A DNA stretch of 63,820 nucleotides, counting the filler, from Folioceros fuciformis (Eukaryota): the NCBI GenBank assembly GCA_049999805.1. It is 9 parts of 9 records of this genome, joined end to end, with 100 filler letters (N's around TTAATTAATTAA, not from the genome) between each part and the next. Parts side by side here need not be neighbours in the genome. Positions count along the whole stretch, not along the records: positions 38,860 to 43,727 come from JBNGIO010001268.1; positions 43,828 to 48,488 come from JBNGIO010001269.1; positions 48,589 to 54,119 come from JBNGIO010001270.1; 6 more parts are not named here. The stretch is one strand, 5' to 3'. Below are positions 40,050 through 53,730 of this stretch, piece after piece. The first letter of the stretch is position 1. Every line of letters starts with the position of its first letter. The position numbers were made by a program, and so were the translations under genes. The notes beneath the pieces are model-generated. The model saw only the letters and a list, made by a program, of their open reading frames with translations. It was not told the DNA's origin and searched no databases.

Positions 40050-40255
40050 TGGCTTGCGTTGCCTGCCTTCCCTTTCCCTGCGTTGCTTGCCTTCCCTTTC
40101 CCTGCGTTGCCTGCCTTCCCTTTCCGTACGTTGCCTGCCTTCCCTTTCCCTGTGTTGCTTGCCTTCCCTTTCCCTTCCTTGCCTTGCCTGCCTTCTCTTT
40201 CCCTGCATTCCCTACCTTCCCTTTCCCTGCGTTTCCTACCTTCCCTTTCCCTGCA
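40050..40255. repeat. Pyrimidine-rich 24-bp minisatellite, about 8 copies
   Basis: Repeats of GCGTTGCCTGCCTTCCCTTTCCCT. Confidence 0.9.
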
Positions 40256-40716
40256 TTACAAAGGAAACGTGAAAATGTAGACAGAAGATTGATGATAGCA
40301 GAAAAGAGTGATGGATGAGTCCACTTACCTGTTGGACTCATCAAACAGTGTCTAACCTAGACGGCATATTCCGCCATTTTGGGCTTCGCGAGATTTTGAC
40401 GCTGAAAACTCGTGTTAGATATCCGCATTTTCATGTGTTTTTGTAAGGAGAACCCGAAATGTAGCCTTAAAGAGTGTTGAGTATAAACTTAATCATCAAT
40501 TGTTTCCAAAGTACTAGCAAATTTGCGGGTGTCATTGCAGTCAAATACATGACAAAACCTCGTAATATGGCGGGTATCACGTAATTCACGTGTTATCGGA
40601 TTCCATGTAAAGTCGTAAGTGTTTGAGCTATATCTCATATTAGGTGACCCTATTCCTCAAAATTATCACCTATCGATATCTATCTGCATTTTTCAGAAAT
40701 GGTGGCGAACTAGAAC

Positions 40717-41880
40717 ACTAGTGAACCGGCGCGGAACAAGCGGGAGTGCGCCGATAGACCGGCGCACACTGCCAAAGGCACATGTCTGTCAAGTGGAAAA
40801 CGAAACTTGCTTGGTGCTACATACAAAAATTATCATATCAATTTGTACTTAACACTTTTATCTAAACGTCTAACAAGTTTTCATTATTTTCAGGCGGCAA
40901 TGTATCGTAGTTGCGATTGAGGACGTATAGGTTTCTGCGAATGAGAGTCCTCGTTTGGGAGGGAAGCTGTTTTTGGCATGTCAAGTTAAATCCATATGCT
41001 AGAATAAAAGTGTCTTCAATGAATAATGTATCTACATGCTTCCGAAGTCTCCTGCTTGACCTGCGTCTGCGACCGCCACGTAATCCTCTTGGCGGAGCTT
41101 CATGTGGTAAAATCATCTCTTCTTGGTAACGACCCTCAAAAGCATCTAAACATTTGGTTACCCACTAGTGCACTTTGACATATGGTTTTTCGCATGTAAT
41201 ATCTGCCTCTAAGACTTTGGCAATCCGAAACGGCCTATTGTCTTTGTCAGTCTTGCAAGGGACTGCAATCATATGCTCTTTTTCTATTTCGGTTATATCC
41301 CCGTTCAAACTTTTGCGGTCCTCATTGAGGTCCGTCTCCCTACGGTATGCCCCCACAAACATGTTTCTTCTGGGAATCTCACGGATGCGTGGATTGTGAA
41401 CAACAATTTTGTTTGGTACAGTTACGGGTGCGTTCAATAATTTTGCCGCCTCCCGATTATACCACCGCCAAGAAGAATCAAGGTCTCTATCTACATCGGA
41501 GTTTATAGAATGCACGATAGCCTCTTACTCTGCCCAAAACCCATCCCACCACAAGTTTTTGCCTGGTCCTAAGTGTTGTCGTAATCGCATCTCCAGTTTT
41601 GATCTGATTTGTGCCAGATGATATTCAACGATAATGTCCAGAACTGTCCTTTTTTTTTTGCTCCTTCCGAGCGGGCAGGGTTTAGGATTTAGGGTTTAGG
41701 TACACTGGAGCTCCTATCGGCAGCAGTGCGCTGGTCTACCGGCGCACTGGAGCTCGTGCTGGGGGAAGTGCACTGATAAACCGGCGCACTGGAGCCCGTG
41801 CTGGGGGAAGTGTACTGGTAGACCAGCGCACTGCTGACATGTCGCACGCATGAGTTCGCCGGTCTACTGCCGCACTGCCG
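40717..41880 (-). mobile_element. Probable internally deleted DNA transposon: decayed ORF (about 41640-40862) between GC-rich palindromic repeats
   Basis: ORFs 41515-41165 and 41116-40862 are in one frame separated by a single TAG. Hairpin motif AGTGCGCCGGT(AG/CT)ACCGGCGCACT variants at 40745, 41725, 41767 and 41809. Confidence 0.6.
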
Positions 41881-43827
41881 ACTACACAACGGCTGAGAGA
41901 TTTAGATGTAGTTGTGGAATCCAAAGCCAACCTAGGCGACCCTGTTTTTGTTTGACAATAAACTTTACTTAATTTGAGCTCATTATAGACTTGAACTTGA
42001 AGTACTTTGAAAAGTTTGTGCGGCAGTTGACCGGCACACCATATGTTTAGGGTTGCGAAATATCAAGTTTCGCGTAGAAGACTCAAACTGTTTTTTTCAT
42101 TAATTTTAGTTTTATTGATCTTTGCAGCAAAAAGAATATTCGGATATATGTCGGTGGCGTTATTGTTTGTGGTTTTAGATCAAAGGTAGATAAGGAGCGC
42201 GGATCACAACGAATGTGAAGTGCGCAAAACGGGCTTTGTGGAATCCGCCCATCTGGGTTAGACAATGTTATTGTTGGGAGTGAGAAGATACATTGAAGAT
42301 AGAAATCACCTGAAACCAATTTAAAATTGACCGACGATTGCTATAAAATCCTGCCAAGCTCCATTTCCTTCAACCTTCGCTATCACCTGCAAAAATTGAT
42401 CGATCTAGTGAGGGGAGAGCTCGGATGCACACTTGCGATGAGCCAATACACGGATCCCAGGCCAAACCGCGGCTGAGCATAGAACAATTTTACAACAAAC
42501 TGCACATCAGACACAATAACACTCGACGGCTGTGTTGTAGACAAGCAAGGCAAACAAGAACGCCATCACCGGTAGCCAATGAATGGGATGGCAAGAAATC
42601 ACTGAATCTGAATACTAACCATGAGATCGAAGAGATTACCTCCACCACACTTTCCAAATGATAAGAAATGTTGCACTGCATTGGACAACGGAGAATTCCG
42701 TCACACTCTGTAGGGACGGTTGTGCAGCACTACAGGTGAACACGCATATGAAGTAGCACACAATGACAGATCGGCAGCGGCGCAGATGCGAAGGCGAAGG
42801 CAACGAGAGAGTGCACATACTAAAGAAACCAATGCTGGAGGCAATGGTGCAAAAGAAGGATAAGTGCAAGAAAAAGAGGGGAGATGATCCAGCAAGAATA
42901 ATATATAATAGATATAACATATCGATCAATTTGTTCTTACCAGCCATGCTAGTGCCAACCCATTACACTTGGGCAACATGCAAAGAAATCGTCTAATTGG
43001 TAGAGCAAATAGATAAAAAAAATTTATTAGAAGAAAGAAGAATCGTGGATGTGATGAAGATAGGTGGCAGTTGAAGGAAACAACGTCCCACAAAGTCCGA
43101 CAAAAGGAACTCACCCGGGAGGAGAAGAGGAGGGGAGAAGGGAGCGGACAGCCACGCGCTCCAACAACAAAGCATGTGCGAAGCGGAGTTCCAGGTCCTT
43201 ACCGTCGGTGGTCCGTCAATGTGTAAAAATAGAGCAGGAGCAAAAACGCGCAAAACTATGATAGTTATGTTGGATTATATCTTAGCACAGAAGGAAAATA
43301 TTTAAATACTATGTACGTGACCGTTCAAAGTACACAACCCTAAATCATATGCCGTTAAATATAATAACGCTGTCGATGGGTTACCAAACCATACCAACAT
43401 CATGAACGGCATGGAACACCGTTTCTCCATCTCCTCCTCCTGATCCTGATCCTTCAAAATGCGTGTTTCTTGACAGGGCCATATACGGCGTTCTGGATAT
43501 GCTAAGGGGGAGCTTCTGGGGGAGGGTTTTGAGGATGTGCCTGAAGCATTGGCCCAGTGGGACTCTCTTGGAAACAAGGTCGCCCTCTCAGTGATCCCCT
43601 GCTACCGGCCGCAGCTGGCCATCTGCATGTCTTTGTGGCCCTTGTAATTCACGCACACGTTCTTGGCAGACCTACATCTGTTCCAGTGGAAGCAGAGAAG
43701 CCCAGAGGCTAATTTTTGGCAACACCANNNNNNNNNNNNNNNNNNNNNNNNNNNNNNNNNNNNNNNNNNNNTTAATTAATTAANNNNNNNNNNNNNNNNN
43801 NNNNNNNNNNNNNNNNNNNNNNNNNNN

Positions 43828-46800
43828 AGTTCCGAGGGCAAATTTGAAGTTGGCCGTGCCAAATAAGTATGAGGGAGTAAGGGATCTACAAGCTATGGAT
43901 TCCTGGATTTACTCTATTGAAAGCTATCTTGCTTCATCTGGCCTGGAGCCTAAGCATTACTTAGGAACTGTGGGCAACTTTCTCAAAGGATATGCTTTGG
44001 TGTGGTGGCGAAGTTATTGTGTTAATGTAGCCCAGGGAAATCGAGCACACACCATCACAGACTGGGCATCTTTTAAAGAGGCCTTGAAGAAGCAGTTCCA
44101 ACCTGCGAATGCTTTACGCTTGAGCCGGCAGCTGCTTGATAATATAAAGCAGACAGGTACTGTACGAGAATATGTAAGTACATTCAGTGAAGCTTTTATA
44201 CATTGTACTTCAATGAGTGAAGTTGACAAACTACATCACTTCATGGTTGGTTTGAAGGACTAGGCTACTAACAAAATTGAGTTGTATAGTCCAATGACCT
44301 TGGCAGAGGCCATAACAGCAGCAAATGCTATCCCAGATACCTTTCATTCCAACACATCCAACTCCTTAAGAAGATTTTGAGGTAATACCCGTGGACAGTA
44401 TATGCAAACTAGGGTTTCTTCCAACAATGTTGCAAGAGGGACTCCCAAGGATAATGAAAGGAGTACAATTGCAAGAGGCAACTCCAGTGCGAGCTTCCGT
44501 GGGAGAAATCGAGGAGTGCGCAGGGGGCGTGGACCTCAGAGAACAGTGACAATGGGTTCTCGGAAAGGAGTTTGTTTTGCTTGTGGAAAGCCGGGACATT
44601 ACGCGAATGAATGCCCCAATACTCAACAAACTTTGAATGTTGTTCAAGACAACCTACAGCCCAAAGACTCAGGATTACAGAAGTATCCGGATCTGAAAAT
44701 CCCAAATGACGGGATTGGCCACATGTTGCACAGGCTACATGTGGTGAGTCTCAAGATGCTGAGGACAACATTATTCACAGGCCAGGTGGAAAGCTCATGT
44801 ATATAGAAGGATGTGTGAATCGTGAAGAAGCGAAGATGTTGCTTGATCTAGCAGCAACACATAATTTCATTTCTCCTGGCAGAGCAAGTAAGCTTGGTTT
44901 GACATGGGCTAGTATTTCAAAGCCATGTACAGTGAAACAAGCAAAAGGAAAGCTGCAGTTCTTAGGACAGCTAGAAAAAGTTCCTTTGCAGATAGGCAAT
45001 TGGATTGGACAAGCAAGCTTCACAGTTGTAGATATGGATGATCATGAAATCATCTTGGGCTTAGAATGGATGAAGGCCAATAAGGTATGTGTAGACGTGG
45101 ACTCACGCACCATACAGATCATAGGAGATGAAAAGCACAAAGTGAGTTGTGCAGTCCTTGAGCATCAGCTTGGGCACAAGATTGATGAAGTCATCTCTAA
45201 CAAACAGCTCAAGCGTTGTGTTAAAAATGGAGAGGAACTCTATTTGTTGGTGTTGCAAGGACTAGAAGATGGTCTTGAGATGGAATCTCAGAAGCAACCA
45301 AAGATTCCAAAGGAGATACAGGCTGTCTTAGACGACTTTAAAGACTTGATGCCTACCGAGTTACCTCCTTTACCTCAACGGAGAGTTAAAGATCATGAAA
45401 TTGATCTAAAGCCATGAAGTGTACCGCCATCAAGAGCGCCATATAGATTGTCGCTAGATGAGCTTAAAGAGTTGAAGAGACAAATGTCTAACTTGTTAGC
45501 CAAGGGCTATGTTAGAGTCTCAAAATCCCCATTTGGTGCGCCAGTATTGTTTACGCGAAAGAAGAATGGAGGATTAAGGTTATGCTTGGATTACAGAGCA
45601 CTCAACCAGATAACAGTCAAAACTTCCTATCCTTTGCCAAGGATGGATGATATGTTTGACAGGTTGAAAGGTGCTAAGTATTTTACCAGACTGGATTTGA
45701 TGGCTAGTTATTACCAGATTCGCATCGCAGAAGGACATGAATACAAAACTGCTTGTAGGACAAGGTATGGATCTTTTGAATTTCTAGTCAAGCCATTTGG
45801 ACTCACTAATGCACCAGCCACATTTCAGACTCTCATGAATAGTATATTCAGAGATCTGTTGGATGAGTGTGTTGTGATCTATTTGGATGACATTTTGATA
45901 TTCAGTTCTACCTTAGAGGAGCATGTCCAACACTTGAGGAAAGTGTTGGAAAGGTTAAGGGCAAATTCTTTGTTCTTAGCTATAACAAAGTGTGACTTTG
46001 TTAAGGAAGAAATAGACTTCCTTGGATTCATTGTCTCTGCTGATGGAATCAGGATGGATCCTGATAAGGTAAAAGCCATACAGAGATGGTTGCCGCCAAG
46101 CAATGTGCATGAAGTGCGTATGTTTTTAGGATTGGCTAGCGTGTACAGAAGATTTGTACCAATGTTTGCCAAAATTGCTGCCCCATTAACTGATCTCTTG
46201 AAGAAGGTGAAGACTTGGAAGTGGGATGAAGAATGTCAAAGGGCATTCGAGTTTCTCAAGTTGAAACTCAGCACTACCCCAGTACTAGCAATCTATGATC
46301 CAAAGAAATATATAGAAGTGTATACTGATGCGTCAGATACAGCTATTGGAGGAGTGCTTATGCAAGAAGGTAGGCCAGTGGCTTACGAATCAAGAAAGTT
46401 GCATGAACATGAGAGGAAATACCCCACATATGAGAAGGAGATGACAGCCGTCATCAATTGTCTCAAGATTTGGAGACACTATCTTCTTGGAAGATCTTTT
46501 GTGCTGTACACAGATAATGTAAGTACAAGCTTCTTTTCTAATCAGCTGCGACTAAATGCTAGACAAGCTAGATGGCAAGATTTCCTAGCGATGTATGATG
46601 TGGAGATTAAGTACAAGCCAGGGAAGGAAAATCTCGTGGCAGATGCTCTTAGTCGCAAGCAGGAGTTGAGTTTAATGTCTGTTTTTAAGCTGAAGAATCC
46701 TAAGCTAGCTACAACGCAGATGGTGATTGAGCCAAGGGACACTCACACGCAGATTAAGGAGGCTTATTTGCGTGATCCATTAGTGCAAGATTGGATCAAC

Positions 46801-48488
46801 GAGATAGAGCAACCGGGGTCTAAGTTTAAGCTTAGAAATGGCTTGTTAATGTTCAAGCAAAATAGGATTGTGATTCCTGATTCTCAAGAGTTGAGAAAAA
46901 AGTTGCTTGCAGAATGTCACGATGTGCTAAGTGCTGGTCATCGGGGAATTGACACAACTTATGAGAAGTTGAAGAAGCTGTTTTACTGGCCTGGAATGTA
47001 CAAACATACTGTAGAGTATGTGAAGTCTTGTGTAGACTGTCAGCAGGATAAAGTAGAGCAGACAAATCCACGAGGTTTGTTGCAACCCCTGCCTATTCCA
47101 AGTGGGCCTTGGAAAAGTATATCAATGGATTTTGTTATGCCATTGCCACCCAGTAATGGATACACAGCTATCATGACAGTTGTTGATAGGTTCAGCAAGC
47201 AAGCACACTTTATCCCCACGAAGAAGTAAGTGAAGGCTTTAGAAGTTGCTCAATTGTTTAGAAGCATATCTATGTGTTACATGGATTGCCTATGCAAATT
47301 GTGAGTGATAGAGATCCCAGATTCACAGCGGAAATTTGGCAACAGCTGAAGAGCTTGGGAGTGCAATTATGTTTAAGCACAGCATATCACCCTGATACAG
47401 ATGGATCTACAGAAAGAGTAAACAGAATCCAAGAGGAATACTTACGACACTATGTACAAATGGACCAGAGGAACTGGAGTAATCATCTTGAGGATGCAGA
47501 GTTTTGTTATAACAATACTGTACATAGCTCCACAGGCTATACACCTTTTCAGATGACAGGTAACGAAGCAATGGACGTAGTTTCCATGTTGAATGCTGAC
47601 GTGTTTGAGACAGCAGCAAGAGAACCACATGAATTTATTGAGCAATTAAGTGCCAGGCATGAAATTGCTAAGAGGATTTTGGCCAAAGCTCAAGACAGGC
47701 AAAAGAAGTTTGCTGATAGGCACAGGAAAGAGGCAGAATTTCAAGTGGGTGACAAGGTTTGGGTAAAGTTGAAACACTTCCCAGTACCTCAAGGATTGTC
47801 CCCAAAGTTAAGGCCTAAGTATGGAGGTCCTTTTGTAGTTCTGAAGCGCATTGGGAATGTGGCTTACAAACTATAACTACCTAATTGGATCTTCTCTCAT
47901 GATGTGTTTCATGTCTCTTTGCTGAAACCGTTTGTGATTTCGAAAGAGAATGAAGAAATGAATAGGAAAGACTATGTTATCCTGGTTCAATATAACCATA
48001 GTCTGCAAGAGATTGTTGAATTTCTAGCAGAAAGAGAAGTGCCTTCTGTCCGTGGTACTGTTCTAGAGTATCTAGTAAGACTTCGTGATTTTGCAGATCC
48101 TGTCTGGGTTTCACTTCAAGATGTACGACAAGGATCATGGATGATCTCACGTTATACTGCAGGTCATTGAGGACAATGACATCTTCCTAGTGGGGGAGAG
48201 AGTAATGGCATAAGGTGGCATAAGTGAAACAAGGTGAAAGTTAAAAGTAGAAAGGTGAAAGCTAAATCTAGATCTGTCTTGATGAAGAAGCAAGTATGCT
48301 TCTTGCTGCCTTTGGAAACAAAATGTGTGTTCCAGGCAAAACCTCCTAAGAAGGATGGAGTTGTAATGACCACTAGTATTCTAGGATGAGTGGTGTGTAT
48401 CATTCCCAGTTTTAGCAGTGGCTTAGCTGTGGAGTATAAACAGGCCAGTGTTAGGGTCTTAAGGATATACTGTGATACACTGATACAC
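43828..48488 (+). mobile_element. Ty3/gypsy LTR retrotransposon internal region (gag, zinc knuckle, PR, RT, RH, IN, chromodomain-like tail), PPT and start of 3' LTR; decayed
   Basis: Gag WW...W..FK..L..QF.P; CFACGKPGHYANEC; LLDLAATHNF; YLDD; TDASD; H-H-C-C integrase finger, VDRFSK, SDRD; EYLV...W tail; PPT GTGGGGGAGAGAG at about 48190. Stops at 44261, 45415, 47227 and 47874 plus frameshifts. Confidence 0.95.
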
Positions 48489-48589
48489 NNNNNNNNNNNN
48501 NNNNNNNNNNNNNNNNNNNNNNNNNNNNNNNNTTAATTAATTAANNNNNNNNNNNNNNNNNNNNNNNNNNNNNNNNNNNNNNNNNNNNG

Positions 48590-49185
48590 AACCCGCTCTG
48601 CCGGGCCGTGCCAGAAGGAGACTGGTTCTGCTCCCGCTGCCAGGAGGGCCAGGGCGAATCGGAATCCTGTTGCTGTCTGTGCCCGTCCCGTGTCGGCGCC
48701 ATGAAGCGCACCACAGACGGGCAGTGGGCGCACCTGTCCTGCGCGCTCTTCGTGCCGGAGGTGTTCTTCGGATGCGGGGAAGGCAGAGAGCCTGTGGACT
48801 GCGGGAAGCTCCCGGGCAAAAGGCGCCGCATGCTGTGCGCCGTGTGCGGAGTTCAGGGCGGAGCTTGTGTTCAGTGCAGCGAGACTGGGTGCGGCGACAC
48901 CTTCCACGTTACCTGTGGATTGGATCGTGAATTCGCCTTCGAGTATCAGAATTCGGCGAAGGGGGGCGTCGTAGTCGCCTTTTGCGAGCGACACACACCA
49001 GCTTGGGAGCAGGTTAGTCTCACAGTCCCCGACAAGAGAATTTGGAACAAACTTCAAAACTTTGCGTGAATGTCTTACGTTGACCCCGTTTCATGGCGTG
49101 TACATTCCAGCTGCAGGAATTTAAGCAACGCAAGGGCTTTAGAATTGTATCTAGGGCTATGGATGACAGCAAAAAGATGCGATAG
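48590..49185 (+). CDS. PHD plus extended-PHD (PZP, JADE/BRPF-like) protein, 5' truncated by gap; exons up to 49012 and 49111-49185
   Basis: PEGDWFCSRC, CCLCP...GAMKRTTDGQWAHLSCAL, CAVC....GACVQC....C...FHVTC, FCERH. GT-AG intron keeps the frame. Confidence 0.9.
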
Positions 49186-49827
49186 CTAGTTCGAGCAGTC
49201 CAGTCAAACTTCCTCTCGTATGCATTACCCAGTAAGCACTATAGGCGGGGGCAACTTGTACACTACATAGCCGAGCTACAGACATAGTTCAGACTGCTGC
49301 GGTTGCAAAACATATGCCATCGCCTATGGCCTGAAATTAGCAAGGCTTCCACTTTTACATAGGGCAACTCAGGGTGTAGCCTTTGCAAGTAACCAGAAGA
49401 GATTCTACTGATCTCCTTGCTCACCTTTTATCCATTTCCCTACAAAGCCCCTGCAGCAATGTTCAAGTCAGGTCGACGAAAAACAGAAATGTCGCTATTC
49501 AGTATACAAATCTACATACATAGCTCGTTACAATTAGATGGTTTTACAGGGAAGTGGGTTTTTAGGGTTAGTGAACTGGAACTGCTTCAGAATCACTCTC
49601 TACCTGAATGCCAACACAGATGCCTGTGATATGGATCGTAAACAAACACCACTCCCTGATAGCTCTATCCACCATAATTTAGTTGCACACGTCCAGCAGC
49701 TGACATTGCATCACTTGGGACCAACTGCATCACAGCTATAAATAATTAGTCTACAGGGCCATCCAAACAGTTCCGAAAGCACTCCCGTTTGGCATGTTAG
49801 AAGCACCAACGCCCCGCTCTACACCTG

Positions 49828-52306
49828 TCAGCAAGTATCGGGTGGCCATCCGAATAACTTTCTCAGCACATCTCTGGGAATGTTCAAAAGCCCTTTTGAG
49901 ACATTCAGCATAATATCAAATTCCTCTTGCGCTTCCTGCAGCTTCCGTACTCGGGTTTCAGTTTCATTCCCAAACACAGGTTCATCACCAAACAGAGTTT
50001 CACCTTCCCCTAATGACTCTGAAGCCCTTTTCGTCAGTTCCTGCTCTAACGCTTGTGCATTTCTAAGAATATATTCCTTCTTGAGGTGGAGTCGAAGCTG
50101 GGTGTTCATGTACTCTGCTGCTTGCGTCTCTTTCAATTTTTGCAGAGCTTCATGGATCTGTCCATTGAGCTTGGGTTCCAGAAGTTGCAATTGACCGGCA
50201 GCACTTGGTAACCCCAATTCCCCCACTTCAGGTGACCGGAGCAAGAAAGTAGCAGACGGGACCAACCCAGATTCTGCCACACAAGTGTCTCTTATCGTAT
50301 GCTTCTCTCCCCCAGCGATCAACCTAGAAGATACTGAGCTTTGGGTGGAAGGATTTCCCTCACAAATTACCCTATCCACTTCGGACAGCGTATCTGAACT
50401 GTCACCATACATGGAATACTCCCTTTGAAATCCAGGGGCGCTACCCAAATCTGCTGCATGCATTGGCCCATCGGTTGTTTCCCTAAGCTGACCATCCTCT
50501 GACAACCCAGCGCCACCACTTGCCACAATCTCCCCCGCAATCTCATTAGACCCATCTACTGCCCTCGGGCCTGAAAGGCCTTCACTCAGGCCACTGCTTA
50601 CGGCAGGAGGACTGCCCTTTTCCCAAGGAGATGTTAAGCTAGAGGGAGCAGCAGTTGTTCGCAAAGAGGCAGGCGTGTTACTAGCATGGAGCCATTGGTC
50701 AAGACTGGCTTCTGAGTGATGCATACCTTCTCCTGGCATGGGTAGACTTCTTGCATGATTTTGGTGGTGAGCTGCAAAAGCGATAGAAGAAAGTCAATAC
50801 TCCGGCGAATTCCTACCCACCCATGCGTGCAAGCCTCGATCATAGGGACAAATTCCTATCGGCTGGGAAAAGCTGAAAAACTCCATCTAGTCCACGCCTC
50901 CAACCTACCGGCTTGAGCTGCGAGACTTTTGAATGCCTCCTCAACAGCCACTCCATCTTGGATCTGCCAATCACAGCACGAACATGAAGGTCTGGTAAGG
51001 AGAATAGCGCTCAAGATGCCTTGACTGGCAGGCTTTCATCCACCAATGTAGAAGTAATTGGTATACAACGTTGACCTGGTCGCATTTGAAGCAAAGGAAA
51101 TTGACGGTTGGAAGTGCGGGCATACGTCTACACCATTTCAGCTGTCAGCCAAGCATCACAATAGCAAGAAAAACATCACATCACCTGCCGCAACGTGCCG
51201 TCAACTAGTGTCTCCAACAGCCTTCCACCATTGCCTCCATGTGACGTCCCTTGCAAAATTTTAAGGGCTCTCTCGAGGAGTTGTACAGCAAAGGATGCAC
51301 TATCTGTGTGGCCCACAGATTCAAGAAGATGAGTAACCAAGTCTCTGAGGTCAGACCTCTTGTCGCACCGCCTACACAAGTATTCCATGTCTATAGCGCT
51401 TTTCTTCACGACTCCAGCTAGCTCAGCCTCCAAGGCACAGTCCAAATGAGCCGCATGAGAACAAGCTCCTCCACCTGATGATCTCTGATGGCACCTGATC
51501 TGATTGGTGTCCCGGTCCTGAGGTGTTATAATTCTACAGCAGATGATGCACTTGCAGACTCTGCAAAAATCTGCCTCTGCACAACAGATTTCACAAATGG
51601 AAACGGGCTCTGCCGTGTGCTGGCTTTCCAATGGGCACGAAGCATTATCCGCTTTGCACTTTCTCTTCTGCCTTTTAGCCGTGCTAGACTCGGCGCCATG
51701 AAGCCTTTCCCTCCGGGCAGGAACATTTGAGCGCCTTTGGGCGGTCCCAGAAGCCCCAGGGATGCACGGCACTTTCCACTGAAAGGATTCGAAAAATTCT
51801 TCGGCATTCAAGTCTGGATACTGCCGGGTTAGATAATCTTTAAGGCTCTTCTTACTGGCAAACTCTAAGTTCCTTTCGCTCTCCTTGCAGAACGCCTTAG
51901 GAGGATACAGATACCTATCTTGCCAGAAGTCACTACCCTGCTGCATCCTATGCCCTACTCTCCATGCCCACGAGTCCCCTGGACCCGGCCAAGGTTGAGG
52001 CGCGTAAGGCCAGCCCTGTCCCTTCTCCCCTGGTCCAGCAGGCCTTCTCCCCACGGATTCTGGAAGGCGGCTAGGTCCACGTCGGGGAACGACAGAGAAA
52101 CTTGTTCCCCCACCTGCCCTTCCCAAAAGGACAAGAGGCAGAGGCGGAGGCGGAGGCGGAGGATCTCCCACCCTCGTCTCCACAGACGGGACAATTGCGA
52201 GAGGACGCTCCCGCTCCCTATCAACCTCCTCCTCCTGCGATGGCAGCTCACAATCGTTTGGTTCTCTTTTAACAGCCGCCACAGCTGATGGTGGAGACAT
52301 GGACAT
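49828..52306 (-). CDS. OBERON-like PHD finger protein; exons 52306-51185, 50963-50909, 50771-49828
   Basis: N-terminal G.GWPYAP..WP.PGD.W.WRVG domain, CEICC...FCRVC.CIIC...CSHAAHLDCAL...YLCRRCD PHD and C-terminal coiled region. Splice junctions keep the frame. Confidence 0.88.
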
Positions 52307-53519
52307 GGATGATTGCAGAGCACATCCTTGATAGAGTGCTGCAACGTTGCGATGCCTTGGGACAGCACGATACCTGCAAAACGATTCAGGGGACGGAGTC
52401 AGCCTCAGAGATGCCGAGCCCGGACATTTCTACACGGAAGCAGTTCCCGAAGCTTCTGCTGGGAAGACAGACCAAACGGCTACATGCTGAAAAATATCCA
52501 AGACCAGCTGTTAATTACATCCCCGCCACTATTAAGGACTCCAAATAAACAACACGCTTCGGTTCATTGACTTGACTTGCGAGGCGTCCATTGCTTGCCG
52601 TGAGATTCCCCTGAGGACTCTTCGTTGCTATCGCTATCCGTCCATGTGCGCAACTTGTTCTGTTACTTCCGTTCACAAAAGCCCAACAAGTAACCAAAGT
52701 ACCTTCGCAACCAACTATGGATGGACGTACGTGGAGAGATGTCTTCTTCTTCTATCCCGACAAGCAACGGCTTGAAGGGTAGCACGAAAGCTTCCGACTA
52801 GACACAAAGGCCAGCGCACCTCCCTGTAGCATGACGGCAACCGGGTAACGACCGCACAACTCATCTCATCACGATGCGTTTGCTCCTTGAAGATGATACC
52901 ATGGGAACGTGCTGGAATTGGAGACGAATAGAGAGATTCCTCGCCTCGCACGAAGGGTAACTCTCTATCCATTCATACTCCGCCACACCCTTAACCAAAC
53001 AAGGGAAGGAAAGGAAAGGAATCCCTCCAACCTGAAAAATCTCCTAGCTTCTTTCTCCTCAAGTCTCTCCTCCATTCCAAGATCCCACGTGCTCCGTCTC
53101 AAAGCTAAGCCTTCACACTCCTGCTCCCATAACCCACCTTCGAAATGCTTGTTTCTCCGTGGCTCTTCACTTTCCTCGGTGTGAAGGATGGTGTCCGATC
53201 TCGAACCCACAAAGTAGCCGGGCGGAATAGTTTAAAAGGAAAGGAAGATATGATGCATGTGCAATGAAAGAAACTTATGATAAACCTACAGCAGCAGCAC
53301 GCCAACCTCACAAGCCCCATGGTCACAAGGAGGAAAATAGAAATGAAGGAAATGCAAGCCAAAAGCTAGGATATGAAACGAACGAAATGAAAGCCGGAAG
53401 CTAGGATATCATTGTTGGGCGTCATTCAGCCCACTAGAAAAAAAAGTTGAGGTTTCACTCAAATTGCTCTAAATGATAGCCTTAACTTTTGAAGTAGGCA
53501 ACACCTTTTCAAATAGGTG

Positions 53520-53730
53520 TTTGGAACGGAGCATGAGGCCCAACATTGTAGAGGCTGTGAGAGCTGTTAGCCAGTTCTTGGTCCACCCTCAACATCAGCA
53601 TTATCAAGCAGTCAAAATAATATTCAAGTCATTGCAAGGCATAAAACATTGGAAGTTGAAATAAACAAAAAAAAACAACAAGAAGAAACCTAGGTTGTTG
53701 GATTCATGATTCATATTGGGATGGAGATGT
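53520..53730 (+). mobile_element. Ty1/copia RT C-terminal fragment leading into the RNase H start
   Basis: RPNIVEAVRAVSQFLVHP...HYQAVKIIFKSLQG, then VVGF-(DSYWDGD). Confidence 0.8.

Noticed and set aside
39966-40344. Repetitive ORFs (PAFPFP, GKGRQATQ, CLPFP)
   Set aside because: Translations of the 24-bp minisatellite, which is open in several frames.
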